A DNA stretch of 32,000 nucleotides from Candidatus Poriferisocius sp. (GCF_965219815.1 NZ_OZ244791.1:2446486-2478485); one strand, 5' to 3'. Positions 1 to 8,206 are shown, counted from the first letter of the stretch. Numbers and translations are program-made. Notes: a model not told the origin generated them from the sequence alone.

Positions 1-306
1 TGCGGCCGCTCGGCGGCATGGTGCGAGGTGCATCACATCACCGAATGGTTCCGAGGCGGGCTCACCGACATCGACAACCTGGTGCTGGTGTGCACCGGCT
101 GCCACCACAGCATCCACGACGACGGCTGGGTTGTGCATCGAAACAAGAACGGCACCTACGAGTTGCGACCGCCACCCGAGCCTTGCGCCGATCTCCCACC
201 CTGGAAATCCAAGTCCAAATCGCCTCCCCACGAGTGTGACCTCTTCCCCGATGTGGGAGTCAGCAACCATCGGCCCTGCAACGTTGAGCCTGTGCTGCTG
301 AGCTGA
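1..306 (+). CDS. HNH endonuclease, C-terminal fragment (N-terminus upstream of window); resembles DUF222/REP13E12-type actinobacterial HNH proteins
   Basis: Frame +1 is open from base 1. The translation CGRSAAWCEVHHITEWFRGGLTDIDNLVLVCTGCHHSIHDDGW carries the HNH motif (C..C, HH, N, C..CHH..H). Stop TGA at 304-306. Confidence 0.8.
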   Translation, partial: CGRSAAWCEVHHITEWFRGGLTDIDNLVLVCTGCHHSIHDDGWVVHRNKNGTYELRPPPEPCADLPPWKSKSKSPPHECDLFPDVGVSNHRPCNVEPVLLS

Positions 307-381
307 GCTCCAGCTGACATCAGAGCCTCGGGGCCCTCTCCGTAGCGGACCACGGCGAGCATCAATGCCTGTGCTGCTGAG

Positions 382-927
382 TTGACCTCAGAGCAGGTTG
401 TCGCTGGGTCGGGCCATACTGGGGAGGTGCCGGGGCGAGTTCGGGATTGGGAGGTGGCCGGGGGAGTGGTCTTGCGGGGGGAGCAGCTGCTGCTGGTGCG
501 GAACCGGCGCCGGAACGATTCAGTGGAGTGGAGCACACCCGGCGGGGTGGTCGATCCCGGAGAGACCCTGTTGGAGGCGCTGGGCCGGGAAGTGCTGGAA
601 GAGACCGGCATCCAGGTAAGTCTCTGGGAGGGGCCGCTGTATGAGATCACCGTGGATTTCACCGATCTGGGATGGCGCCTCCGAGTGGAAGCCCACCGGG
701 CGGTGGACTGGAACGGGGAGATCGTGCTGGAGGATCCCGACGGCATCGTGGAGCACGCTGATTTCTACGATCATGAAGAGTGCGAGGCCCACTTGGTGCA
801 GAGCCCTCGCTGGGTACGCGAGCCGCTGCTGGAGTGGTGTCGCCAGCGTCCCAGCCAAATGCTGAGCTATCGCTATCAGGTGACCGGCACCGAGATCGAC
901 GGCCTCACCGTGGCCCGTCTCTCGTAG
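382..927 (+). CDS. NUDIX hydrolase (MutT-like)
   Basis: Canonical Nudix box GGVVDPGETLLEALGREVLEETGI (G-x5-E-x7-RE-x2-EE-x-G). The start is uncertain: TTG 382 from the ORF track, with in-frame GTG 427 as an alternative. Confidence 0.85.
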   Translation: MTSEQVVAGSGHTGEVPGRVRDWEVAGGVVLRGEQLLLVRNRRRNDSVEWSTPGGVVDPGETLLEALGREVLEETGIQVSLWEGPLYEITVDFTDLGWRLRVEAHRAVDWNGEIVLEDPDGIVEHADFYDHEECEAHLVQSPRWVREPLLEWCRQRPSQMLSYRYQVTGTEIDGLTVARLS

Positions 928-939
928 TCCCACCTGGCA

Positions 940-2181
940 ATGGCGCAGAGCACTCAAAGCGGCGATACCCAATCGGGCACCATCCTGCACGTGGACATGG
1001 ATGCCTTCTTTGTGTCGGTAGAGATGCTGCGGCGTCCTGAGTTGCGGGGCTTGCCGGTGGCAGTAGGCGGTTCGGGGAGTCGGGGAGTGGTGGCGTCGGC
1101 CTCCTACGAGGCCCGATCGTATGGGGTCTCATCGGCCATGCCCGCAGGGCAGGCCCGCCGACTGTGCCCCGAGATCGTCTTCTTGCCCGGCGACCACCAG
1201 CTCTACCAGGAGGTGAGCGGGCGCATCATGGTCATCCTCCGGTCGTTCACTCCGCTGGTCGAGCCCTTGTCGCTTGACGAGGCCTTCCTGGATGTCGCCG
1301 GGGCCCATCGCCGCCCAGTCGAGATAGGCCATTTGATCCGAGGACAGGTCCGCGAGGAAGAGGGCATCAACTGCGCGGTGGGGGTGGCTGCGATCAAGTT
1401 CTTGGCCAAACTGGGCTCCAAGCTGGCCAAGCCCGAGCCCACCCGGTCGGGACCGTCGGAGGGTGTGGGCGTGTTCGAGGTGCCGGTGGGCGAGGAGCGG
1501 GCGTTCTTGGCCCCTCGCCCGGTGAGCGACATCTGGGGGGTGGGCCCGGCCACCTTGGCCCGCCTCAGCCGGATTGGGATCGCCACAATCGGGGAGTTGG
1601 CCCAGTTTCCCCTTGAGCGCCTTGAGCAGGTCGTCGGCAAGGCCCACGGCCAGCATCTGCACAGCTTGGCCAATGCGGTGGACCCCCGTCCGGTGATTCC
1701 CGAGACAGCACCCAAGTCGATGAGCCATGAGAAGACGTTTCCCCGCGACGTACACACCCACGACGCCCTTGGAGCGGAGTTGGTTGCCTTGAGCGATTCG
1801 GTGGCCTCCCGACTGCGGACGGCAAGGGTGGCGGGGCGGACGGTCACCATCAAAGTCCGCTTCGGGGACTTCACCACCATCACCCGGTCTCACACCCTGG
1901 CGAGTCCGGTTGACTCGGGGGTGGTGTTGGCCCGGGAGGCCAAGCGGCTGTTGGAGGAAGTGGATGTGGACCCAGGTGTTCGCCTCATAGGGGTAGGAGT
2001 GTCGGAGCTTGAAGACCCCGGTCAGCGCCAGCTTTCCCTGGAGGATGCCGGCGCTCCTTCATGGCACGACGTGGACCGGGCCGTTGACCGCATCAGAGAC
2101 CGCTTTGGAACCGAGGCGATTCACACCGGAGGAATCGCCGACGCCGGCCCTCGACAAACCGGCTGGACCCGGCTGGGTTGA
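940..2181 (+). CDS. dinB: DNA polymerase IV (Y-family translesion polymerase)
   Basis: ATG at 940. Y-family motifs ILHVDMDAFFVSVE and SLDEAFLDV are present, with GVGP..L (helix-hairpin-helix region) downstream. The gene starts 12 nt after the Nudix stop. Confidence 0.95.
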   Translation: MAQSTQSGDTQSGTILHVDMDAFFVSVEMLRRPELRGLPVAVGGSGSRGVVASASYEARSYGVSSAMPAGQARRLCPEIVFLPGDHQLYQEVSGRIMVILRSFTPLVEPLSLDEAFLDVAGAHRRPVEIGHLIRGQVREEEGINCAVGVAAIKFLAKLGSKLAKPEPTRSGPSEGVGVFEVPVGEERAFLAPRPVSDIWGVGPATLARLSRIGIATIGELAQFPLERLEQVVGKAHGQHLHSLANAVDPRPVIPETAPKSMSHEKTFPRDVHTHDALGAELVALSDSVASRLRTARVAGRTVTIKVRFGDFTTITRSHTLASPVDSGVVLAREAKRLLEEVDVDPGVRLIGVGVSELEDPGQRQLSLEDAGAPSWHDVDRAVDRIRDRFGTEAIHTGGIADAGPRQTGWTRLG

Positions 2182-2249
2182 GTCCGACAACCCCTTTGGC
2201 GCAGATAGCTGGCATTGTCTCAAGGGTCGGCCTGTGAGACACTTAGCAA

Positions 2250-2645
2250 GTGCCACTTTCCGAGGACGAGCAACGCATCCTCAGTGAAATAGAGGAACGG
2301 CTCTATGAAACCGACCCCGCACTGGCCCGCGAAGTCGGCCGGACCACGGTGTTCACCCATCCGGCCCGCAATCTCCGACTGGCGGTGCTGGGCTGCATAG
2401 CGGGGCTGGTGTTCATGATCGTGACCCTCTCAACCTCGTACTGGCTGTCTTTCCTTGGCTTCTTGGTCATGTTGGCGGCATCGCTGTGGGGGTGGAGCAA
2501 CCTGCGCCAGCTTGGGCGGTTCGGGCTGCAACAGATCAGTGACAGCATCAACCGTGGCGACGTGAGCAACTACTTGCGCTCACCGGGCCGTCGAATACTC
2601 AATCGACTGCGTCGCGGTGGCGCGGAGCAATCCGAGCGCGACTAG
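2250..2645 (+). CDS. DUF3040 domain-containing small membrane protein
   Basis: GTG at 2250. The N-terminal helix MPLSEDEQRILSEIEERLYETDPALA is followed by two hydrophobic helices and a basic tail, which is the typical DUF3040 pattern. Confidence 0.8.
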   Translation: MPLSEDEQRILSEIEERLYETDPALAREVGRTTVFTHPARNLRLAVLGCIAGLVFMIVTLSTSYWLSFLGFLVMLAASLWGWSNLRQLGRFGLQQISDSINRGDVSNYLRSPGRRILNRLRRGGAEQSERD

Positions 2646-2657
2646 CTCGGACAGACT

Positions 2658-2727
2658 GCCAGCAATCAAGCCCCAGCAAACAGGCCCCAGAAATCAGGGG
2701 CCCAGCAAACAAGCCCCAGCTATCAGG
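2658..2727. repeat. Five degenerate tandem copies of a ~14-bp unit (consensus GCCCCAGCAAACAG[G]) filling the convergent intergenic gap; contains a GGCCCC-N8-GGGGCC hairpin (2683-2702)
   Basis: The units, read directly, are GCCAGCAATCAA / GCCCCAGCAAACAG / GCCCCAGAAATCAGG / GGCCCAGCAAACAA / GCCCCAGCTATCAGG. The last unit overlaps the TGA (2723-2725) of the minus-strand gene. Confidence 0.6.
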
Positions 2728-5053
2728 GTCCAATGGTCCAGCTGGGGCCGCGCCGTCCTCGCCATCGCGAGCCGAAGAGCGGCTGAGGGTTGAAGGCCGC
2801 GGCCAGCTTCTGCCCCCGGCTCACCCGGAAGTTCACCTCGGCCCGCACCGACAGCGACCACGTCCGGGCCAGCCACTGATTCCGATCGCTGGGCTCTGAG
2901 GGGGCGAACGTTGCGGCTGCGGCAAGTTCGCCCAGTTGTCGCAGGTCAGGGCTGTGAAGCGGGACTTGCTCAATGGCCCGACGGGCAAACTCGGCATAGG
3001 TCTCGTCCAATCGGGGCGTCATGTTGATGAGGGCCAGTGATTCCACCGTTTCCGTCCACAGCAGTCTGATCTTGCCCCGATTGCCAGTGATCTTGAGGAA
3101 TCGCCGCTGACTTTGGACCTGCTTGAACCAGGGGATGAGCAGAATGAGCAGCACGGCCAGCACCGGGGCCAATATCGCTATCCAAGTCATCCAGGTCATC
3201 CCTCCGCCTCGGTTGCTCCCGAAATCGACCAGGGGGTTGTCCAAGTCCGGGGATTCAGGGGGGAAAAGGCTCTCGAAGTCGGTGGGGTTGTCGGGAGCGA
3301 ACGGGGAATCGAGGTTCAGGTCATCCTCAACCGGAGCGATTTCCGAGGCGCCGATGGCCTGGTCCTCGGCTATTCCGGTGTAGTTCTGGGCACCGGGTGC
3401 GCCGCGGCCCGGTGTGGGTTCGAACGCTACCCATCCCGCACCGGCCAAATAAACCTCGGGCCAAGCATGGGCGTGCCTTCCGCTGACTACGTAGAGGTTC
3501 GGGTCGTCGGGGTCGGCTTCGCCCACCGTGAAGCCCACCGCCACTCGAGCCGGCAGGCCCACCGACCGGGCCATGGCGGCAAACGTCCCGGCAAACTGCT
3601 CGCAGTATCCCCGTCGGTTGCTCAAGAACTCCTCGATGCGGTTCTCGGAATGGCCGGGGGCCACATTGGCGTCATAGATGAAGTCCCCGTTGCGGAAGAA
3701 TGCCTGGAGGGCCAGCGCCTGCTCATAGCCCGAACCGGCTCCGGCAGTCAGCTGGGTAGCCAAGTCCTGCACCCGAGGACTGAAGTCGGAAGGCAGCGCG
3801 GTGTACGACTCCACTTCGGGAATCAAGGCGGTATCAAGTGGGATGGCTTTGAGCGCCTCGGGGTCGAATCGCGGCAACGCCGACGACACGGTGTAGGTGA
3901 GCCCGTTGGAACTGACCATCGATCGCCCCACGATGAGGGTGGAGGATGAGGGCTCGTAGCTGATATCGATTGTTTCGGATGCTCCGGATGTCAACGACCG
4001 GGGTTCGAAGGCTGCGGGGACCCACACCGCGCCCAGCTGCTCGATGCTGAAATGCTGGACCGACTCGAGCACGCTGGTGCCCGACTGGAAGAGCGTGGGC
4101 AGCTGCGTGGGTTGGGCGGCATAGTCGGCTCGGGAAGTCCACACCCGACCGTCGAATTGATCCAACGAGGTAAGGCGCCAATAAGACCGATCTTCAGCCC
4201 GCACCCGGAACATCACCGCATCGCCTTGGTTCACCAGTCGGCCCCTGATGTCGACCAGGGGGCTGATCACCACCCTTCCCGAAGTCCTCTGGCCCCGGTT
4301 GACGGCTTCGGTCAGATCGACGATCGGATCATCTTGGGTGCCCAGAACCGGGCCGGCGGCAAGGGCCCCAATCAGTGCGACGCCTGCGATTGCCGAGCTT
4401 CCGACCAATAGCGCCCGGCGCCCAGACGAAGCCCGCCCCTCGCCCCCCAACCACCGGGCATCGGCGGTTCGGGCCGCCACTCGGTGAATCGAGGCGAACA
4501 ACAGCAGGGCCCCGGTGAACACACCGATGGTCAAGACCCGGTGTTGGTCGCCGCCCACCAACCCCGCGAAGCCGGTGGCGGCGATGGGCAGCACCATTGG
4601 CTCGAACAGAGCCCGTGTTCTCATGGCGGCCCAGTCGTAGACAAAGGCCAGCAGCCACAACGCGGCCATAGCACTCACGGTGAAGCCGTCGCGCGGCGTC
4701 ACCGGGGGGCTGAGTTCGCCGAATACCGTCCAGGCCTGCTCCAGATCGTCGCCCAGCTCAGCCCAGGTGTTTCCCGCTGGAATGCCCCAGAAAACGGTGC
4801 TCCAGTAGTGGGACCATGTCACCGTCAGGACCAAACCGACGCCACTGGCCAGTGCGGAAACCAGCATTCCCCAACCTATGCGGCGGATGGCAATGGCCAG
4901 CAGATGGCTAATGGCTGCGGCAACGTATACCGGCAGAACCCAGCTATCTCCTTCAAACACCCGAATGAGGCTGAAGGCGGTGGCCGCGGTCAGGACCGGG
5001 CCGGTGGCCTCCAGGGCTGCTTCCCACGCGCCTGATATACGAGAGGTGATCAT
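2723..5053 (-). CDS. TgpA-like transglutaminase-domain membrane protein (DUF3488 / transglutaminase core / DUF4129-like architecture)
   Basis: ATG at 5053 overlaps the DUF58 stop (ATGA). The N-terminus has multiple TM helices. Core motifs are RGYCEQFAG, HAHAWPEVY and GWVAFEPT. A further TM helix (WIAILAPVLAVLLILLI) precedes the C-terminal tail. Confidence 0.9.
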   Translation of the reverse strand: MITSRISGAWEAALEATGPVLTAATAFSLIRVFEGDSWVLPVYVAAAISHLLAIAIRRIGWGMLVSALASGVGLVLTVTWSHYWSTVFWGIPAGNTWAELGDDLEQAWTVFGELSPPVTPRDGFTVSAMAALWLLAFVYDWAAMRTRALFEPMVLPIAATGFAGLVGGDQHRVLTIGVFTGALLLFASIHRVAARTADARWLGGEGRASSGRRALLVGSSAIAGVALIGALAAGPVLGTQDDPIVDLTEAVNRGQRTSGRVVISPLVDIRGRLVNQGDAVMFRVRAEDRSYWRLTSLDQFDGRVWTSRADYAAQPTQLPTLFQSGTSVLESVQHFSIEQLGAVWVPAAFEPRSLTSGASETIDISYEPSSSTLIVGRSMVSSNGLTYTVSSALPRFDPEALKAIPLDTALIPEVESYTALPSDFSPRVQDLATQLTAGAGSGYEQALALQAFFRNGDFIYDANVAPGHSENRIEEFLSNRRGYCEQFAGTFAAMARSVGLPARVAVGFTVGEADPDDPNLYVVSGRHAHAWPEVYLAGAGWVAFEPTPGRGAPGAQNYTGIAEDQAIGASEIAPVEDDLNLDSPFAPDNPTDFESLFPPESPDLDNPLVDFGSNRGGGMTWMTWIAILAPVLAVLLILLIPWFKQVQSQRRFLKITGNRGKIRLLWTETVESLALINMTPRLDETYAEFARRAIEQVPLHSPDLRQLGELAAAATFAPSEPSDRNQWLARTWSLSVRAEVNFRVSRGQKLAAAFNPQPLFGSRWRGRRGPSWTIGP

Positions 5054-6309
5054 GGTCGGTGATCGAAGGCAGTAGATGCAGCCGGGAAGGGCGGTGTCGA
5101 AAACTCCTCATGGGAGGCCGTATGCGTTGCCCATGCTTCGGCAAATCCCGAGGGTTCATCCACAGGCAGCAAGGCCGTCCCCGGGACGAAAGTAGGGGGC
5201 AAGCGCCCCGCTTGCGCCTGCTCAGCAGCGGTGAACAGCACCACCGTCTTGGAGGTGAACTGCGAGCCCAGCGGCGTCAGCGATCCGGCCTCGGTGCCGT
5301 CCGCTTCAGCGACAACGGCCACCACCAGCCCGCCGCCGTGCTCTCGTCCCAGCCGCTCAACCGCACCGATCAAACTGCCGACGTCGGGGCTGACGAGGGC
5401 CAAGTGCTCGTAGATCTTGTGAAGGTGAGCCGAATCACACCCAAATCCGCTGTCGTAGTCAGCGGTCGTGGTCAGACGGGTTTGGTCTCCCCGGCGCAGG
5501 CTGGCCCGACAGATGCTGGCCGCGGCCGACACCATGGCCTCGAAACGCTCAAAGCCGGCCTCAGCGTCTAACTCCGCGCTCCGAGTATCCAGCAAGACGG
5601 TGGTGTGAGTGTGGGAGAACTCCTCGAACTGGCGGACGATCAGCTCGTCGTGATGGGCGGACGACCGCCAGTGAATATGCCGCGGGTCGTCTCCCCTCTG
5701 GAACGGGCGCAATCCGTACAGCTCGTCGCCGCTTTGGGCCATGGGGCTGCGCCGAACGGCGTCGAAGGTGTTTCCGGGCAGGCGGGGGGGAGGCTTGATC
5801 GGGACCACTGCCGGGTAGACCAGCGCTTCGGCTTTGCTCCCGACCAGGAAATGCCGGGCTGCCATGCTCAGAGGATCGGCCACTGTCAGGGTGAGCGGCC
5901 CGGTAATGGCCCGACCTCTCTCTTCGGTAGGCAATCGGTAGCTCACCGTCAACCTGTCGCCCGACGACACCGGAGCCACCAGCAGGTCTGGTGACCGGAA
6001 ATCGCTCATCGAGTTCTTGGTGGAAAACGAGATTTCGTCGGCCAGTCGCAGCACCGGGGTGCGGAAGCGGCTGGGGTTGGCCAGCTCCAACTGCACATGG
6101 CACTCGCTGCCCACGTGTATTTGCTGCGGTTTGAGCGACCGGGACATCGCCCGCAAAGGAGGGCAGACCTTGACGTAGGCCAACGCGAGGACAGCCACCG
6201 CGGTGCCGGCGACGCCTACGGCCAGCAACTCGCTGGAGCCGAACACCCAGCCTGCGGCTATCAGCAGCGCCGACCCGATCAGCAGCAGCCAGCCGGAAGG
6301 GGTGAGCAT
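5050..6309 (-). CDS. DUF58 domain-containing protein (vWA-like MoxR partner)
   Basis: ATG at 6309. There are two N-terminal TM helices. The motif LYGLRPFQRGDDPRHIHWRSSA is characteristic of DUF58. The gene starts 13 nt downstream of the MoxR stop. Confidence 0.9.
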   Translation of the reverse strand: MLTPSGWLLLIGSALLIAAGWVFGSSELLAVGVAGTAVAVLALAYVKVCPPLRAMSRSLKPQQIHVGSECHVQLELANPSRFRTPVLRLADEISFSTKNSMSDFRSPDLLVAPVSSGDRLTVSYRLPTEERGRAITGPLTLTVADPLSMAARHFLVGSKAEALVYPAVVPIKPPPRLPGNTFDAVRRSPMAQSGDELYGLRPFQRGDDPRHIHWRSSAHHDELIVRQFEEFSHTHTTVLLDTRSAELDAEAGFERFEAMVSAAASICRASLRRGDQTRLTTTADYDSGFGCDSAHLHKIYEHLALVSPDVGSLIGAVERLGREHGGGLVVAVVAEADGTEAGSLTPLGSQFTSKTVVLFTAAEQAQAGRLPPTFVPGTALLPVDEPSGFAEAWATHTASHEEFSTPPFPAASTAFDHRP

Positions 6310-6322
6310 GGTGGGACTAGTT

Positions 6323-7282
6323 CTAGTCGACGGGGGCCGGAACCGAGCTCATGATGTCTTCGACGATGCGAGTGGCTGGAGTGCCTCGAGCCCGAGCCTG
6401 GGGATCCAACAGCAGCCTATGGGCCAATACGGGTACAGCCAGATGCTTCACGTCGTCGGGAAGCACGTAGTCCCGCCCCTGAGCAGCGGCCCGAACCCGG
6501 CTCGCCCGCTGAAGTGCGAGGGTTGCCCGGGTAGACATCCCCAAGATGAGGCTGGGGTGGTCTCTAGTGGCGTTGGCGATCTGCACCAGATAGCGCTTGA
6601 TCCCCGGAGCCATGAACACCTTGCTGGCGTGGTCGGCCAGCATGCTCACCGTCTGCGAATCCACCACCGGGCGAAGGGTGTCCAAAGGGTTGTCAGTGCC
6701 ATGGGCGTCGAGAATCTCAAGCTCGTCCTGCTTCGAGGGGTAGCCCACCTCGATTCGCATCAAGAACCGGTCAAGCTGGCTTTCCGGCAGCGGATAGGTG
6801 CCCTCGTGCTCAAGGGGATTCTGGGTGGCGATCACCATGAACGGCCGGGGGAGGCTGTGGGTGGTGCCGTCCACCGTGACCTGTCGCTCGGCCATGGATT
6901 CCAACAAGGCCGACTGGGTCTTGGGCGAGGCGCGGTTGATCTCGTCGGCCACCACGATCCCGGAGAACACCGGTCCGGGCTGGAAGTCCAGCGAATTGGC
7001 CGCTCGGTTCCAGATCGTGGCCCCCACCACATCGGAGGGGAGCAGGTCGGGGGTGAATTGGATGCGGCCGAACTCAGCCTGCACGGTGATGGCCAGAGCC
7101 TTGGCCAGGCTCGTCTTGCCCACACCGGGGGCGTCTTCGATGAGCAGATGCCCCTCGGCCAGCAGGCAGGTAACGGCCAAGTCCAGCACATCGGGCTTGC
7201 CCATGATGGCCTTGCCGATATTGGAGACGATGGATTGGAACTGCTCGGCGAACAGCGGTTCCCCCGTTTCTCTCATCGCCAT
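6323..7282 (-). CDS. MoxR-family AAA+ ATPase
   Basis: Walker A is in LIEDAPGVGKTSLAKA and Walker B in VVADEINRA, with the MoxR/AAA_3 layout. I set the start to ATG 7282 (MAMRETGE), 13 nt below the upstream stop. The longer ORF-track start at 7348 would overlap the upstream gene. Confidence 0.92.
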   Translation of the reverse strand: MAMRETGEPLFAEQFQSIVSNIGKAIMGKPDVLDLAVTCLLAEGHLLIEDAPGVGKTSLAKALAITVQAEFGRIQFTPDLLPSDVVGATIWNRAANSLDFQPGPVFSGIVVADEINRASPKTQSALLESMAERQVTVDGTTHSLPRPFMVIATQNPLEHEGTYPLPESQLDRFLMRIEVGYPSKQDELEILDAHGTDNPLDTLRPVVDSQTVSMLADHASKVFMAPGIKRYLVQIANATRDHPSLILGMSTRATLALQRASRVRAAAQGRDYVLPDDVKHLAVPVLAHRLLLDPQARARGTPATRIVEDIMSSVPAPVD

Positions 7283-7295
7283 ACCGCTGAGTCTC

Positions 7296-8117
7296 TCAGG
7301 TGCCGTGGAGTCGGGGCCAACGGGTCGGCATGTCCACAAGCATCTCATTGGCGCTGGGACCGTGATCGCGCAGCGTTCCCCGGCGCCGAAAGGCCACGTG
7401 ATAGCGCTCGGGCTGTGATGTCCAGCAGACGTTTGGGATCAGCCCGGAGACGATGGCGTCGTCACAGTCCTCCAGTTCCACCCGGCGGGCGCCCGACAGC
7501 CATACGGTGCGCTGGAGCACCCAGGCGGCCTCGGCGGCCTCGGGATCCAACACCTCCTCGCACCAGCGGACGAACCCGCCCTTGAGCTGACGACCGCCGA
7601 ACGGCTCAGGTGATTCGATCTCCAGGGTCGCGGCCATCCGCCAGCGGCAGACCTCGATCCCGTCCCGCTCGATCCAGGCCTCGAACGGGGGCTGGTCCCA
7701 GTCGGGCACGGTGGCGTCGTATTGGCGGGTGCCGACTCGCCCCCGGGCAGCGTGGAGCACCCCGAGAACGGCAGCGTCATAGAGGTGAGTGCATTGCTGG
7801 CGGACGTCGGTCCAGGCGAACACCTCCGACGCGGTGGTGGTCAGCGGGCAGCCCACCAGGGCCTGGAGCTGGTCGAGTGCGCCGGAGCACGGTTCCCAGG
7901 GCATCCTGGGCCCGGCGGCGGACGCATTGGTGATATGGCGGCCGTCATGGGTGAGCGCTGCCTCGTAGTGGTGCATGTCGTCCTCAAGGCCGACCACCAC
8001 CGTTTGTGGGTCGGGGGCGATCATCCGCAGCCGTCGGCGGAAGGCACCGCTGCCATGGCGATTGCGGACCAGCGCAGGCTGTCGTTCATCCTGGGGCACT
8101 GGCCGATGTTGGCACAC
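7296..8117 (-). CDS. DUF2889-like protein with a C-terminal extension (function unknown)
   Basis: The pattern GLEDDMHHYEAALTHDG...PRMPWEPCSGA...LVGCPL...VRQQCTHLYDAAVL matches my recollection of the DUF2889 signature (leDdfHh..v.l, PW..Cpga, CTHL). GTG start at 8117. The family call is from memory and not HMM-verified. Confidence 0.6.
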   Translation of the reverse strand: MCQHRPVPQDERQPALVRNRHGSGAFRRRLRMIAPDPQTVVVGLEDDMHHYEAALTHDGRHITNASAAGPRMPWEPCSGALDQLQALVGCPLTTTASEVFAWTDVRQQCTHLYDAAVLGVLHAARGRVGTRQYDATVPDWDQPPFEAWIERDGIEVCRWRMAATLEIESPEPFGGRQLKGGFVRWCEEVLDPEAAEAAWVLQRTVWLSGARRVELEDCDDAIVSGLIPNVCWTSQPERYHVAFRRRGTLRDHGPSANEMLVDMPTRWPRLHGT

Positions 8118-8122
8118 CGACC

Positions 8123-8182
8123 GGGGACGACCAGATTCATCATTGGGGGAAGTAGCAGAGAGGAGACGACCAGATTCATCAT
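8123..8182. promoter_or_regulatory. Two copies of a perfect 18-bp direct repeat GACGACCAGATTCATCAT (8126-8143 and 8165-8182; 21 bp with one mismatch) in the divergent DUF2889/MFS promoter region
   Basis: Read directly from the sequence. The copies are spaced 39 bp start to start. They lie 9 bp from the GTG of the minus-strand gene and 25 bp from the GTG of the MFS gene. Confidence 0.5.
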
Positions 8183-8206
8183 CTGGCCAACTACTGTCGG
8201 CTAACC

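Noticed and set aside
1-2181. HNH endonuclease + Nudix + DinB as a defence or mobile island
   Set aside because: No integrase, transposase, toxin or other defence hallmark is present. The Nudix and DinB genes look like housekeeping genes. Only the HNH junction repeat is retained as a finding.
2216-2241. Inverted repeat TGTCTCA-N12-TGAGACA between dinB and the DUF3040 gene
   Set aside because: The 7-bp stem has a large loop and no U-tract. It could be a weak terminator or operator, but it is too short to distinguish from chance.
2658-2727. A CRISPR-like reading of this array and the one at 30542-30606
   Set aside because: The units are 13 to 15 bp and directly abut each other with no spacers. 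No cas genes are in the window, and the arrays are too short for CRISPR repeats.
7283-7348. Longer N-terminus for the MoxR ATPase (ORF-track start at 7348)
   Set aside because: It would overlap the 3' end of the upstream DUF2889-like gene by 53 nt and add a non-conserved Cys/Pro-rich leader. ATG 7282 gives a normal MoxR N-terminus.
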